This document shows, in pieces, positions 34,806-45,000 of a stretch of 46,324 bases of DNA. Both the position numbers and the translations under genes were made by a program. Position 1 is the stretch's first letter; each line of letters starts with the position of its first letter. A model generated the notes under the pieces. That model was not told the DNA's origin. It worked only from the letters and a program-made list of their open reading frames with translations, and searched no databases. This DNA is from Candidatus Shapirobacteria bacterium (GTDB lineage Bacteria; Patescibacteriota; Microgenomatia; UBA12405; JAUWLS01). Location: assembly GCA_030613565.1 (NCBI GenBank), contig JAUWLS010000004.1, positions 1 to 46,324 of the forward strand. The letters are read 5' to 3'.

Positions 34806-35124
34806 ATGGTTTAGGATATCATGAATTTAAGGGTGGAAATGAGTAAGGTAGAGAGAATGTGGATAAAGGAATGTATTAAATAAATAAGATAAAAGAAATA
34901 GTAGACGTAGTATTAGGGGGTGTTGATAAGTAGGAAAGGTTGAGTGGGTGAACTTGGAAAAACGGGGGGAAAGTAAAAAAAGGCGGAAAGTTTAGATTGG
35001 AGAAGAAGGAATTGACTTATAAGAAAGACAGGGGTTTGGGTTATGTTTGGTTGAAAAAAGAGAGGAGTTGGTGGAAATGTTTGTGGATAAAAAAGAGAAG
35101 GATGTGGAAAAGTATTTTTAAAGA
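34806..35124. other. oriC: Putative replication origin oriC (dnaA-dnaN intergenic region)
   Basis: DnaA boxes TGTGGATAA (34858, 35082), TGTGGAAAA (35103) and TGTTGATAA (34921); AT-rich tract 34871-34900; DnaA-trio-like TAG TAG ACG TAG TAT TAG plus GGGG abutting the 34921 box. Confidence 0.85.
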
Positions 35125-36498
35125 TTAGTAGTTTTTTCTAATAGTGACGATTTCGTGTCGAATTTGTTGATTTGTTGAAAAGAGGTGTTTTATTTTGTCG
35201 ACAGCGTGCATGATACTAGTGTGGTCTCGTCCACCAAGGATTCTTCCAATTTCTTGTAAAGGTAGGTCTAAATCAGTTCTTAAAAGGTAAGCAGCAATGT
35301 GGCGAGCTGTGACTAGATCTTTTTTTCGACTTTTCCCCAAAAGGTCAGAGGTTTTAATTTTGAAGTGTTTGGAAACTAGGGAGATGGCATGGCGGTGAGT
35401 GATCTTCTTTGTCTCCCCTATTTTGGCTTTTAGGCCAAAGAATTGTTGGACAGAGTTTAAGTTAATTTGGGCAATGTTTTGAGAAGAAGTTTGGAGAGTT
35501 AGTTCTCTAAATTTCCCTTCAATTTCCCTAACGTTTGATTCAACTGTGGTAGCAAAGAGATTTAAGGCATCGGGATTGATAGAGATGTTTTTTTCAGAGA
35601 TGTATTGCTTTAATATGGCTAGTCTGGTTTCGTAGTCAGGATGTTGAATATCGACAGTTAATCCTCCTTGGAAACGGGAAACAAGACGGTCTTCGAGTTG
35701 CTGGATTTCTTCAGGCTTTTTGTCTGAGGTAAGGATGATTTGTTTACCGGCCATATAGAGGGCGTTGAAGGTATGGAAGAATTCTTCCTGGGTGTATTCT
35801 TTGCCGGCAATGAATTGGATATCGTCGATGAGAAAGACGTCCAGTTTTCGGTATTTGTTTTTAAATTTAGAAACGGTTTTTTGTTGGATGGAAGCAATAA
35901 GTTCGTTACCAAAAGTTTCAGCAGAAGCGTAGAGAAGTTTTAGATCAGGATTCTTTTCTAAAATGGCGTGACCAGTGGCTTGCATAAGATGGGTTTTACC
36001 TACTCCTACCCCACCCCAGATAAAAAGTGGATTGTAGGCGAGACCGGGATTTTCAACGACGGCTTGGGCGGCAGCGTAGGCAAAGTTGTTGCTGTTTCCG
36101 ACAATGTAGTTATTAAAGATATATTTGGGATGAAGAATAGAAGGGGGCTTGGGAGGAGAAAATGTGGGTGCAGATGAGGTGGGGGTAGAAGTGGTTTTGG
36201 GAGAAACCTGATCAAAGAGAGGAGATGGTTGACCGTTTTTTTCTTCAGGGGGTCTTTTGTAGGTTATAAAGAGAAGGGAGTTATTGGCTTTGGTTTGATT
36301 GTCGAGGGCGGATTTTAAGAGAGAGTAATAGCGCTTTTGAGCAAGGTCGGCAAGATAGGGATTAGGAAAGGCAATGGTAGCTATATCCCCTTCTTTCTTT
36401 TTAAGGACAGATTGACTGAAAAAGGTTTGAAAAACGGAAGGAGAAACAGAGACTTTGATTTCCTCTAGGGTGTTTTTCCAGATTGTGTTTTGGTCCAT
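35125..36498 (-). CDS. dnaA: Chromosomal replication initiator DnaA
   Basis: YNPLFIWGGVGVGKTHL, IDDIQF, QEEFFHTFN, NVREIEG, GGRDHTS. Confidence 0.99.
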   Translation of the reverse strand: MDQNTIWKNTLEEIKVSVSPSVFQTFFSQSVLKKKEGDIATIAFPNPYLADLAQKRYYSLLKSALDNQTKANNSLLFITYKRPPEEKNGQPSPLFDQVSPKTTSTPTSSAPTFSPPKPPSILHPKYIFNNYIVGNSNNFAYAAAQAVVENPGLAYNPLFIWGGVGVGKTHLMQATGHAILEKNPDLKLLYASAETFGNELIASIQQKTVSKFKNKYRKLDVFLIDDIQFIAGKEYTQEEFFHTFNALYMAGKQIILTSDKKPEEIQQLEDRLVSRFQGGLTVDIQHPDYETRLAILKQYISEKNISINPDALNLFATTVESNVREIEGKFRELTLQTSSQNIAQINLNSVQQFFGLKAKIGETKKITHRHAISLVSKHFKIKTSDLLGKSRKKDLVTARHIAAYLLRTDLDLPLQEIGRILGGRDHTSIMHAVDKIKHLFSTNQQIRHEIVTIRKNY

Positions 36499-36577
36499 AG
36501 TTTACAAGAAAATTAAGATATGAAAATGGCAGAAGTGGTGGGACAGAGGGGGTCAGACCTGATTTATTCTAGATGAG

Positions 36578-36586
36578 TTTTCCACA
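36578..36586 (+). promoter_or_regulatory. DnaA box upstream of dnaA
   Basis: TTTTCCACA matches the consensus TTWTNCACA; lies in the dnaA-rpmH intergenic region. Confidence 0.65.
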
Positions 36587-36673
36587 ATGAACAAGAGGGT
36601 AAGTGGGGATGTTTTTGGTTTTATTTGGGATAAGGATTCCTAAGAAGAGTAAGGTTTGGTATAATAGCGCGTT

Positions 36674-36829
36674 ATGCCTAAAAGAACATATCAGCCAAAG
36701 AAGAAGAAAAGAGTGAGAAAACATGGCTTTTTAAAGCGCATGTCAACTGCTATTGGAAGAAAGACTTTGAAGAAAAGAAGAGCTAAGGGAAGAAAAATGC
36801 TAACCGTAAAGAAAAAGATGAGGTACTAG
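36674..36829 (+). CDS. rpmH: 50S ribosomal protein L34
   Basis: Not in the ORF track (51 aa): [51 protein letters not shown]; TATAAT-8nt-ATG. Confidence 0.97.
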   Translation: MPKRTYQPKKKKRVRKHGFLKRMSTAIGRKTLKKRRAKGRKMLTVKKKMRY

Positions 36830-36842
36830 GTTAAAATAGAGT

Positions 36843-37187
36843 GTGCTTTTAAAGGAAAGAATGATTTCTCTAGATAAGGATTTTAAAGAGGTATTGGCGG
36901 ATGGAGTAATGCAGCAATCTCCCCTATTTGGAATGTTGGTTTTAAAAAGAGAAGGAGAGAAAACTAGGTTTGGAGTGATAGTTTCTAAAAAGATTGATAA
37001 GAGGGCAGTTACTAGAAACAGAATAAGGAGAGTGATTTTGGAGTCAGTGAGACTTTCACTGAGCAGTGTTAAAGATGGTTATTTGGTAGTTTTTTTAGCA
37101 AAGAAGAGATTGGTGGGTTTGGGATTGGAAGAAGTGGGGAAAGAAGTGATAGAGAGTTTTAAAAAGGCAGGATTGATTTTGAAATGA
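36843..37187 (+). CDS. rnpA: Ribonuclease P protein component
   Basis: RFGVIVSKKIDKRAVTRNRIRR; conserved position after rpmH. Confidence 0.95.
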   Translation: MLLKERMISLDKDFKEVLADGVMQQSPLFGMLVLKREGEKTRFGVIVSKKIDKRAVTRNRIRRVILESVRLSLSSVKDGYLVVFLAKKRLVGLGLEEVGKEVIESFKKAGLILK

Positions 37188-37420
37188 AAAGAGGAGTTTT
37201 AGGATTGATTAGATTTTATAAGAGATGGCTTAATATAGACTCCCCTATTTTAAAAGGTCTTTTTGTAGTTGATAAGGCTTGTAGATTCAGACCCAGCTGT
37301 GCAGATTACACGTATAAGGCGGTAGAAAAGTATGGAGTTTTAAAAGGATTGAGGATGGGATTTTTGAGAGTTATTAGGTGTCACCCGTTTTCTAAGGGTG
37401 GTTGGGATCCAGTGAAATGA
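37184..37420 (+). CDS. yidD: Membrane protein insertion efficiency factor YidD
   Basis: CRFRPSCADY, RCHPFSKGGWDPV. Confidence 0.95.
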   Translation: MKRGVLGLIRFYKRWLNIDSPILKGLFVVDKACRFRPSCADYTYKAVEKYGVLKGLRMGFLRVIRCHPFSKGGWDPVK

Positions 37421-37445
37421 AACTGAGTTTGATAGAATATAGCTT

Positions 37446-38222
37446 ATGAAAGAATTATGGACAACAGTTTTATACCAACCCTTGATCAATGCTTTATTTG
37501 GTCTTTACATGGTGACGGGGAATTTGGGGGTGGCCATTATTGGATTAACAATCGGAATTCGATTTTTAATGATGCCTTTGACTTTACCTTCAATGAAGTC
37601 AGCTCAGAAGATGAAGGACTTGGCGCCAGAATTAGCTAAGCTTAAGAAAAAGTGGGGGCATGATAAAGAAAAGATGGCTAAAGCCCAGATGGATTTTTAC
37701 AAAGAAAGAGGAGTAAATCCAGCTTCGGGGTGTTTGCCTCAGATTGTTCAGATCATAGTTTTGTTGGCCATGTTTCAGGCTTTTAGGAATGGTTTGAATC
37801 TAGAAGGAACAGAGGCAGTTAGCAAAATTAATGAAAGTTTGTATTCCTTTTTACAGTTACCTAGTGACTTTTCATTCAACCTAAAGTTTTTATATTTAAA
37901 TTTGGCTGAACCAGATTTAATCAAAATTGGGGCAATATCAATACCGGGATTGTTTTTGACAGGATCAGCAATTTTCCAGTTTATATCAGCAAAGCTAATG
38001 ATGCCTAAAGCGGAGAAAGATGTGAAGATAGCTAAAAAAACAGAAGAGAAGAAAGATGACATGATGGCAGCAATGCAGAAACAATCTTTGTTTTTGATGC
38101 CTTTATCAACTTTGTTCATTGGTTATAGTTTCCCTTCAGGATTAGTACTTTATTGGTTTGTTTTTTCGGTATTTAACACGATTCAACAGTTAGTGCTTAA
38201 GAAGGTTGGGTCAAAAAAGTAA
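37446..38222 (+). CDS. yidC: YidC/Oxa1 membrane protein insertase
   Basis: GVAIIGLTIGIR, NPASGCLP, FPSGLVLYW; conserved synteny. Confidence 0.95.
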   Translation: MKELWTTVLYQPLINALFGLYMVTGNLGVAIIGLTIGIRFLMMPLTLPSMKSAQKMKDLAPELAKLKKKWGHDKEKMAKAQMDFYKERGVNPASGCLPQIVQIIVLLAMFQAFRNGLNLEGTEAVSKINESLYSFLQLPSDFSFNLKFLYLNLAEPDLIKIGAISIPGLFLTGSAIFQFISAKLMMPKAEKDVKIAKKTEEKKDDMMAAMQKQSLFLMPLSTLFIGYSFPSGLVLYWFVFSVFNTIQQLVLKKVGSKK

Positions 38223-38255
38223 GGCTGAAAAGGACTTGTGATAAAATTGGTGGAT

Positions 38256-38759
38256 ATGGCCAGCAAAATAACAATTGATCAGGACACAGTTTCCAAAATA
38301 GAAGAGAAGGTTCGAGGACTTTTAACTTTGATGAATAGAGTGGGAACAGAGGTAGAGATAAACGTGATTGAGGAAGAGGGCGAAGAGAAAATAATGGTTA
38401 AGTTTTTAACTGATGATCCAGGACCAATGATTGGGTTTAAAGGTAAACATTTGGCAGCAATGCAGATGATGTTGGGGTTGATGGTGAATAACAACAGAGA
38501 AGAGTGGATAAGAATATTGGTGGATATAAATGAATACAGAGATGAGCAGAAAGTAAGACTGGAAGAGAAGGCAAGAAACTTTGCCCAACAGTGCTTGGAT
38601 ACAGGAAGACCAGTAGGACTTGAAAGAATGAGTTCTTTTGAGAGAAGGATTGTTCATATGACTTTGGCTGAAGTTGAAGGAGTAGAGACAGGGTCTGAAG
38701 GTGAAGGAGAGATGAGAAGAGTGGTGATTAGACCTGCCGGCTCTTTAGATGCAGAATAA
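38256..38759 (+). CDS. jag: Jag/KhpB-like KH + R3H RNA-binding protein (no Jag_N domain)
   Basis: MIGFKGKHLAAMQ, VDINEYR, MSSFERRIVH, SEGEG..RRVVI; start moved to ATG 38256. Confidence 0.9.
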   Translation: MASKITIDQDTVSKIEEKVRGLLTLMNRVGTEVEINVIEEEGEEKIMVKFLTDDPGPMIGFKGKHLAAMQMMLGLMVNNNREEWIRILVDINEYRDEQKVRLEEKARNFAQQCLDTGRPVGLERMSSFERRIVHMTLAEVEGVETGSEGEGEMRRVVIRPAGSLDAE

Positions 38760-39978
38760 GAAGAAGATTTTAAATTGGGTGTGGTTTGGTTTTTTACTGT
38801 TTATTGTTAGTCAGTTAGGGCGGCATTTTTGGTTTAAGGAGAGTTATGTATTGGGAATTAGAGTGGACTATCTGTCCCCCACTATCTATTTTTTGGATAT
38901 CTTATGGATAGTTCTTTTTTGGTTTAAGAGAAAGGATCTTTTTAAGAGTAAGAAGAATTGGAAATGGTGGGGAATGTTTCTGGGAATAGGGATTTTAAAT
39001 ATCTTAGTTTCAGAAAGGAAAGGGATTTGTTTTTATAAATGGTTAAGGTGGGGGCAGTTATTACTAACAGTAGAGATGGTGAGGCAGGACAGAAAGATAG
39101 TGTGGAAGAGTCTTGGGAAAGTAATTCCCTTTTGGATAATAGGAGAGGTATTTTTGGGATTAATTCAGGTGTTCTTGGGAAAGAGTGTGGGAGGGGTTTG
39201 GTGGTGGTTGGGAGAAAGAAGTTTCAGTTTAGTAGGTCCAGGGATTGCAAAAGTTTCTTTGTGGGGAGTGAGAGTGTTAAGAGCATATGGTACTTTTTCT
39301 CATCCTAATTCTTTGGCTGGATTTTTACTAGTTTCTTTAATGTTGTGGTGGAGTTTTAAGAAAAAAAGAAAGGGAGGAGATTTATTATTTTGGTGGGTGG
39401 TGTGGTGGATAGGAATAGTAGGACTTTTGATTTGTGGTTCAAGGTTAGTTTGGTTAGTGGGATTGGGAGTTTTAAGTTGGGAGATGGTTAGAGATAAAGT
39501 AGAAGGATGGAAAGGGTTAGTGGGAGTTTTAATGTTGGGAATGGGAATAGGAGTAATAGTGATGGGTTTATCGGGAATAGTGGGAGGATGGGATGTGGGA
39601 TCATTAAGTAAAAGAGTAGAGTTATTGAAAGTAGGAGGAAAGATGCTTAGAGATTCCCCTCTTTTGGGAATAGGGATGGGGAATATGGTGGGAAGATTAC
39701 CAGAGTATTGGAGAGAGAGGAATTTAATTAAAGGGTGGTTACAGCCAATACATAATATTTATTTATTAGTTTTAGTTGAGATAGGAGTGTTGGGAGTTTG
39801 GGGACTGTTGGTTTATCTGAAGAAAGTATTTAGAAACAAAAAAAAGAAGATAGAAAGAGGATTGGTATTAGGGTTGGTGGTGATTTTGATAACCGGCTTT
39901 TTTGATCACTATTGGATCAGTTTGTCTCAGAATTGGTGGTTGATGGGGGTCGTATTTGGTCTAATAACAGGAAGATAG
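38749..39978 (+). CDS. O-antigen ligase/Wzy-like membrane protein
   Basis: RAYGTFSHPNSLAGFL, GSR, PLLGIGMGN, QPIHNIYL, FFDHYW; many TMs. Confidence 0.88.
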   Translation: MQNKKKILNWVWFGFLLFIVSQLGRHFWFKESYVLGIRVDYLSPTIYFLDILWIVLFWFKRKDLFKSKKNWKWWGMFLGIGILNILVSERKGICFYKWLRWGQLLLTVEMVRQDRKIVWKSLGKVIPFWIIGEVFLGLIQVFLGKSVGGVWWWLGERSFSLVGPGIAKVSLWGVRVLRAYGTFSHPNSLAGFLLVSLMLWWSFKKKRKGGDLLFWWVVWWIGIVGLLICGSRLVWLVGLGVLSWEMVRDKVEGWKGLVGVLMLGMGIGVIVMGLSGIVGGWDVGSLSKRVELLKVGGKMLRDSPLLGIGMGNMVGRLPEYWRERNLIKGWLQPIHNIYLLVLVEIGVLGVWGLLVYLKKVFRNKKKKIERGLVLGLVVILITGFFDHYWISLSQNWWLMGVVFGLITGR

Positions 39979-39994
39979 ATGTTAAAATTGGCCT

Positions 39995-40252
39995 GTGGTT
40001 AAAGAAGGAGATATTTTGTTTTGTGAGCCGAATGACTGGAATGGTCGTGTTAAACAAAGAAGACAAGTTTATTTTATAGATGGAGTGGTGGTGTGTTCGG
40101 CGATGGGCGAAGTGAATGTTTGTGGCGAGCTGCCGGTGCAAGTTTGTACTACAGAGGGAGGGTTTAAACCAAGAAGAAAGACATTCTTTCCCCTTTGTGT
40201 GCCAAGATTTTTTAAGGAAGAAGTGGAAAGTAAAGAGGTTTTTGTAAATTGA
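39995..40252 (+). CDS. Orphan 85-aa protein with 5 Cys
   Basis: TG-T-TAAAAT-6nt-GTG; fills the gap between the ligase and flippase genes. Confidence 0.55.
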   Translation: MVKEGDILFCEPNDWNGRVKQRRQVYFIDGVVVCSAMGEVNVCGELPVQVCTTEGGFKPRRKTFFPLCVPRFFKEEVESKEVFVN

Positions 40253-40270
40253 TTGTTGTTAAAATAGAGA

Positions 40271-41482
40271 ATGAAGGAAGTTTTATCTAACACAGGAGTT
40301 CAGATTTTAGGAAAGGTGGTAATGGTGGTGGTGGGGTTTTTAACAACGGGGATTTTGACCAGAAGGTTAGGAGTAGAAGTGTATGGAGATTATTTACTGA
40401 TTCAATCATTACTTTTAGTGGTAGGGTCCTTTTCAAACATGGGGACAGGGGTGATTGGAGTCAGAGAGCTTTCTAGAAAGAAAGAAGAGAAAAAGTTTTT
40501 AAACATAGTGTTTTTAAGAAAGTTTTTGAGTTTGGGAGCAATAGCAGGATTAGTGCTTTTTAGCCTGGTTTGGAGTCCTCTATCAATGATTAGACTACCA
40601 ATTTTAATTGGAGGATTAACAATATTTTTAATTTCTTTTTTGGGAGATTTGGGAATAGTTTTTCAAGTGGATTTGAAGATGGGATGGAAGAGTCTTTTGG
40701 AGCTTTTAAGCCCAGTTTTAATAATGGTGGGATTGATTTGGTGGGCTGATGTGGGATTGGTTGAAGTAATGATAATAGGTCTTTTAGTTCGACTTTTAGT
40801 TTTAGGGATTGGAAAAGGATTAGTTAAAGGATTGGGAAGAAAGATATTTTCTTTATTTTCTGAGATTGATTGGAAGTTGGTTAAAAAGATTTTTGTGATG
40901 AGTTGGCCGATGGGGCTTTATTTACTGGTTTTTACATCTTATGACAAGATGATTGATTCATTGATGATCAGACACTTTTTAGGAAGAGAAGGGGTGGCTT
41001 GGTATGGGTTGGCGTATAAGGTGTACAGTAACTTGGTAATGCCGGCTTACTTTTTAGTAAGTAGTGTGTTTCCCCTACTTTCTAAGAAGAAAGATAATGG
41101 ACAATTAGTTAAACAAGGGTTAATTGTTCTTTTAGGAATGGTAGTAATGGGCCTACCTTTAGTATGGATGGGAGCAGGATGGATAATGGAGGCTTTGGGA
41201 GGTGAAGGATTTTATGAGGGAGTACAGGTGTTAAAGATTTTAGGTTTAGCTTTGGGCTTTTCATACGTGAATCATATGTTTGGTTTTTTACTGATTGCTC
41301 GGGATGGGCAGAAGAAAATGCTTTCTTATGGATTAATAGCAATAGTGTTTAATCTAGCACTTAATCTTTTGGTGATTCCAGTTTGGGGTATTAATGGGGC
41401 GGCAGGGGTAACAATAGCAACAGAGGGGTTGATGACAATTCTTTTGGTTTCAGGGTTAAGACCCTCTTACTTTAAGAGGTGA
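40271..41482 (+). CDS. Wzx-type polysaccharide flippase
   Basis: NTGVQILGK, TRRLGVEVYGDY, YDKMIDSLMI, YGLAYK, LNLLVIPVWGINGAA; about 12 TMs. Confidence 0.9.
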   Translation: MKEVLSNTGVQILGKVVMVVVGFLTTGILTRRLGVEVYGDYLLIQSLLLVVGSFSNMGTGVIGVRELSRKKEEKKFLNIVFLRKFLSLGAIAGLVLFSLVWSPLSMIRLPILIGGLTIFLISFLGDLGIVFQVDLKMGWKSLLELLSPVLIMVGLIWWADVGLVEVMIIGLLVRLLVLGIGKGLVKGLGRKIFSLFSEIDWKLVKKIFVMSWPMGLYLLVFTSYDKMIDSLMIRHFLGREGVAWYGLAYKVYSNLVMPAYFLVSSVFPLLSKKKDNGQLVKQGLIVLLGMVVMGLPLVWMGAGWIMEALGGEGFYEGVQVLKILGLALGFSYVNHMFGFLLIARDGQKKMLSYGLIAIVFNLALNLLVIPVWGINGAAGVTIATEGLMTILLVSGLRPSYFKR

Positions 41483-41672
41483 GGGCCATTTTTCTCCTGA
41501 CAGTTTAGCGAGGGTTATAGCTTTGAAGTTTAGTGGACAGTGTTTGTCTTTTCTTTGTTTTTTTTCTTGACAAGTTCTTTTTCGATAGCTAATTTCCCAT
41601 GTTGCTTCTTGGGATTGGATTTTTACTTGAGTACATTTTGTCCAAAGAAGTGTTTCTAATCCTTTTTACCAT
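41456..41672 (-). pseudogene. Possible frameshifted Cys-containing microprotein gene
   Basis: TG-C-TATTAT-5nt-ATG GTA AAA A|GGA TTA...; removing one A from the A5 run gives a 71-aa ORF (MVKGLETLLWTKC...RTC...KHCPL...VRGS*); as written it stops after 27 aa. Confidence 0.35.
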
Positions 41673-42006
41673 TTAAGATAATAGCATTTTTGATATAGTC
41701 TGGGGTTCATTGTACTGACTTTTTTCTTTCTCTAAAACAGCACGATATAGCAGGGTTCTGACGATTTTTTTCAATAATCCAAACCTAAGAACCCATTAGA
41801 GGAAATTGATTTTAATATGTACAACTTAAGAATTCCCTCATATCAAGTTATGACATTTTTCACGTACCGACTCCCTTAAACTAAAATGGATTTGAGGGTG
41901 GGGGGTGGTTTTTTGGGTGGGGGATTAATAAAATGATAACCGCAGAATAACCGTTTATTCTTCGCAATAGCTTTAAAAAGTGATCTGGTTTGTCTAGAAT
42001 GAATCT

Positions 42007-45000
42007 ATGTCAGAAAGAGGTTTTTCGAAAATTGAGTTTGGGGCTGAGAATCCAGTGACAATAGTTTATGGAATGGGGAGCTTTTTGGCTAAGCATGTTT
42101 GTGAAGAGCTGGTAAGAAAAGGATTGAATGTTTTGGGAGTGGGGGAGGTGGATGAGAAGAGTATTTCTTTTTTGGAAAACGAAAAACAATTTAGACATGT
42201 TAACTATTTGGTGGATAGTTGGGCGGAAAAGATAGATCCTGCTTATGTGTTTGATTTGGAGGGATCAGAAGAGCTTTGGAAGTGGGTAGAGAAGTGGGGA
42301 TCCAGGATAGTTATTTTACAAGATTGGAAAGACAATGAGGAAGGTTATAAGAAAAGAGATATGGACTGGAGAGTGGTGAAAACAGGAATGGTGTATGGGC
42401 CAGGAATGATGTTTTCTGATTCGGGTTGGTTGGGAAAAGTCTTTCAGGAGGCAGTGGGAAACGAAAGGATGATTTTTCCTGGAAAGAAAACAGATGAATG
42501 GCCGGTTTTGTATGTAAATGATTTGGTCGAGCTTTTGATGGGAGCTTGCTTTTTTCCAAATGTTTCAAAAGAGGTTTTAGAAGTAGGAGGAAGAGAGGTA
42601 GAGCTAGGTAAGTTTGCGAAAGTTTTAGAGGATGTAGGAAAGACAACGAAAGGAATGGGTTTTGAGGGTGGAGTATTGCCTTGGAGTGTTGCGAAAGAAA
42701 AGATGGGGATAGAAGAAAGGGTTAGTTGGGAAGCGGAGACGGAGATAGAAGAGGGAGTTCGGTTGACAATGCAGGACTTTTTTCAGAGAAAAGAAAAAGG
42801 AGAAAATTTAGGTAAGACTACCAGGGTAGAAGAAAAGAAAGTGGAGATTAAAGAAGAAGAGCCAATAGAGGAAGAAAAGATTGAGAAGAAAAGATATCAA
42901 ACAGTGGAAGTTTTGGGTTCGGAAAAGGAGGAAGGAGAATCTGAAACCAAAGAAAAGTTTGAAGAGACAGTTGCAGTAACTCCCTTAAAAGAAGAAGTAA
43001 AAGAAGTTGAAGAAGAAATCGACTGGTTAAAGAGAGTGGAGGAGAAAATAGAACGGGAAGTGGAGGAAAAGATGGAGATAGAAAAAGAAGAGATAGCAGC
43101 TCCAGTAGAAAAAAAGAAAGAGTTTGGAATTTCTGAACAAGAAGAAGTGGTTCGTTTCTTTGCAGAAGAGAAGAAGGGGCTTGGGTTTGGAAAGAGAGTA
43201 AAGAAAGAAAAGCAAAAGGTAGAGAAAGTGGGGAAAAAGAGGGGGTGGGGGAAGTGGTTAACAATAGTGTTGTTGGTTGGCTTTTTAAGTTTGATTTCTG
43301 GTCCAATCTTCATGATAGTAGATGGATATTTAGTCTTTAAAGATTTATCCAAAGTTAAATCTTTAGTAGTCTCTAAGAACTGGGGTTTGGCAGAAGAGGT
43401 TCTGGTTACTAGTAAAAAAAGAGTAGAGAGGATGGAGGGAAAAATTGGCCGGTGGGGAGTAAGAGACTGGCTGTGGGGAAGAAGATTTTCAGATTTGGTG
43501 GTTTTAGAAAGAGAAGTTTTGGAGGTAGGGGAGATAGGACTGGAGTTGGTTAAGACAGGGGATACTTTTTCTCAGGGAGTGTTTCAGGCAGAGGTAGTTG
43601 ATTGGGAAGGTGAGTTTTTAAGACTAGGAGAGAACTTGGAAGAACTAGAAGAAGGGTTATCTATGGTTCAGGCGAGAATGATAGGAGATTGGGGATGGTT
43701 GCCTGGTAAGTGGAGAGGAGAACCTAGAAAATGGGGGGAGAGGATAGGAGAAGGAAAAGATAAAATTTCATATTTAAGAGAGAGCTTGCCAGTGTGGGAG
43801 TATGTTTTGGGAGTAGGAGGAGAAAAAAGAGAATTTTTAGTACTTTTACAAAACGAAATGGAGATTAGGCCAACAGGAGGATTCATTGGCTCGGTTGGAT
43901 TTTTGAGTTTTCAAGATGGTCAGTTTTTAGATTTTTCAATTAAGGATGTTTACAGTTTGGATGGTCAGCTTAAGGGACATGTGGATCCACCAGAGGAGCT
44001 GGAGAAATATTTGGGTGAACCAGGATGGTACTTAAGAGATGCAAACTGGGATCCTGATTTTTCAAAGTCAGTAACGGATATAAATTGGTTTTTAGAAAAA
44101 GAAACAGGAAAGAAAGTGGATGGGGTAATAGGAATGAATTTGGCAGTGGCTGAAAAAATAGTGGGGGTGGTTGAGAAAGTTTATATACCAGACTATGAAG
44201 AAGAGATAACAGTAGAAAACCTTTATGAACAGGCAGAGCTTTATTCAGAGAACAAGTTTTTCCCGGGTTCCTCTCAAAAAGCAACATTTTTAGGAATGCT
44301 TGGAAAAGTCCTTTTAGAAGAAGTAAGGCTTTTGGGTCCAGATGGATACTTAAAACTAGGAGAGGCACTTTTGGGATCTTTAGAAGAAGGGGAGTTAATG
44401 ATTTCTTTTAATAAAGGAGAAGGGGTAGAGGAATCAAGAAGAATTCTTTCAGATACAGGGTGGGATGGGCAGTTACAAAAAGTGAGTTGTAGCAAGAGTG
44501 GTTGCGGGGTTAACTATTTACATATTAACGAGGCGAATGTGGGAGTGAACAAAGCCAATTACTTTTTAAAAAGGGGAGTAGAGCAGGTGGTTGATCTTAG
44601 AGTTGACGGTTTTTCAAGTGTAGTAAAGATTAATTATGAGAACACAGCAAGGACTTCGGCGTGGCCGGCGGGAGATTATAAGGCATATGTAAGAGTTTAT
44701 GTTCCAAGAAAATCAAAAGTTGATTGGGTAAAAATTGGAGGAGAAGGAGAAGAGGGGTTAAAAATTTCAGGAGATGATCTTAGCGAAAAGACAGTGGGGG
44801 ATAAAAAAGAATTAGGATTTTTACTAAAAGTTCCAGTTTCAGAAAAGAGAAAAGTAGAAGTTAAGTATAGTTTGGATTTTTCTAAGGCAGGGGAGAGTTT
44901 GTCTTTCATTTATTATCTTCAAAAGCAGGCTGGATGGGGAAATAGAACTCCATTTTCTTTAGTGATTTCAGTTCCTGAAGGATGGAACCCATTGCAGGTT

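Noticed and set aside
41896-41923. G-quadruplex-like motif GGG-T-GGGGGG-N9-GGG-T-GGGGG
   Set aside because: G-runs are frequent on this strongly G-skewed strand (for example 46-115), so a chance occurrence is likely.
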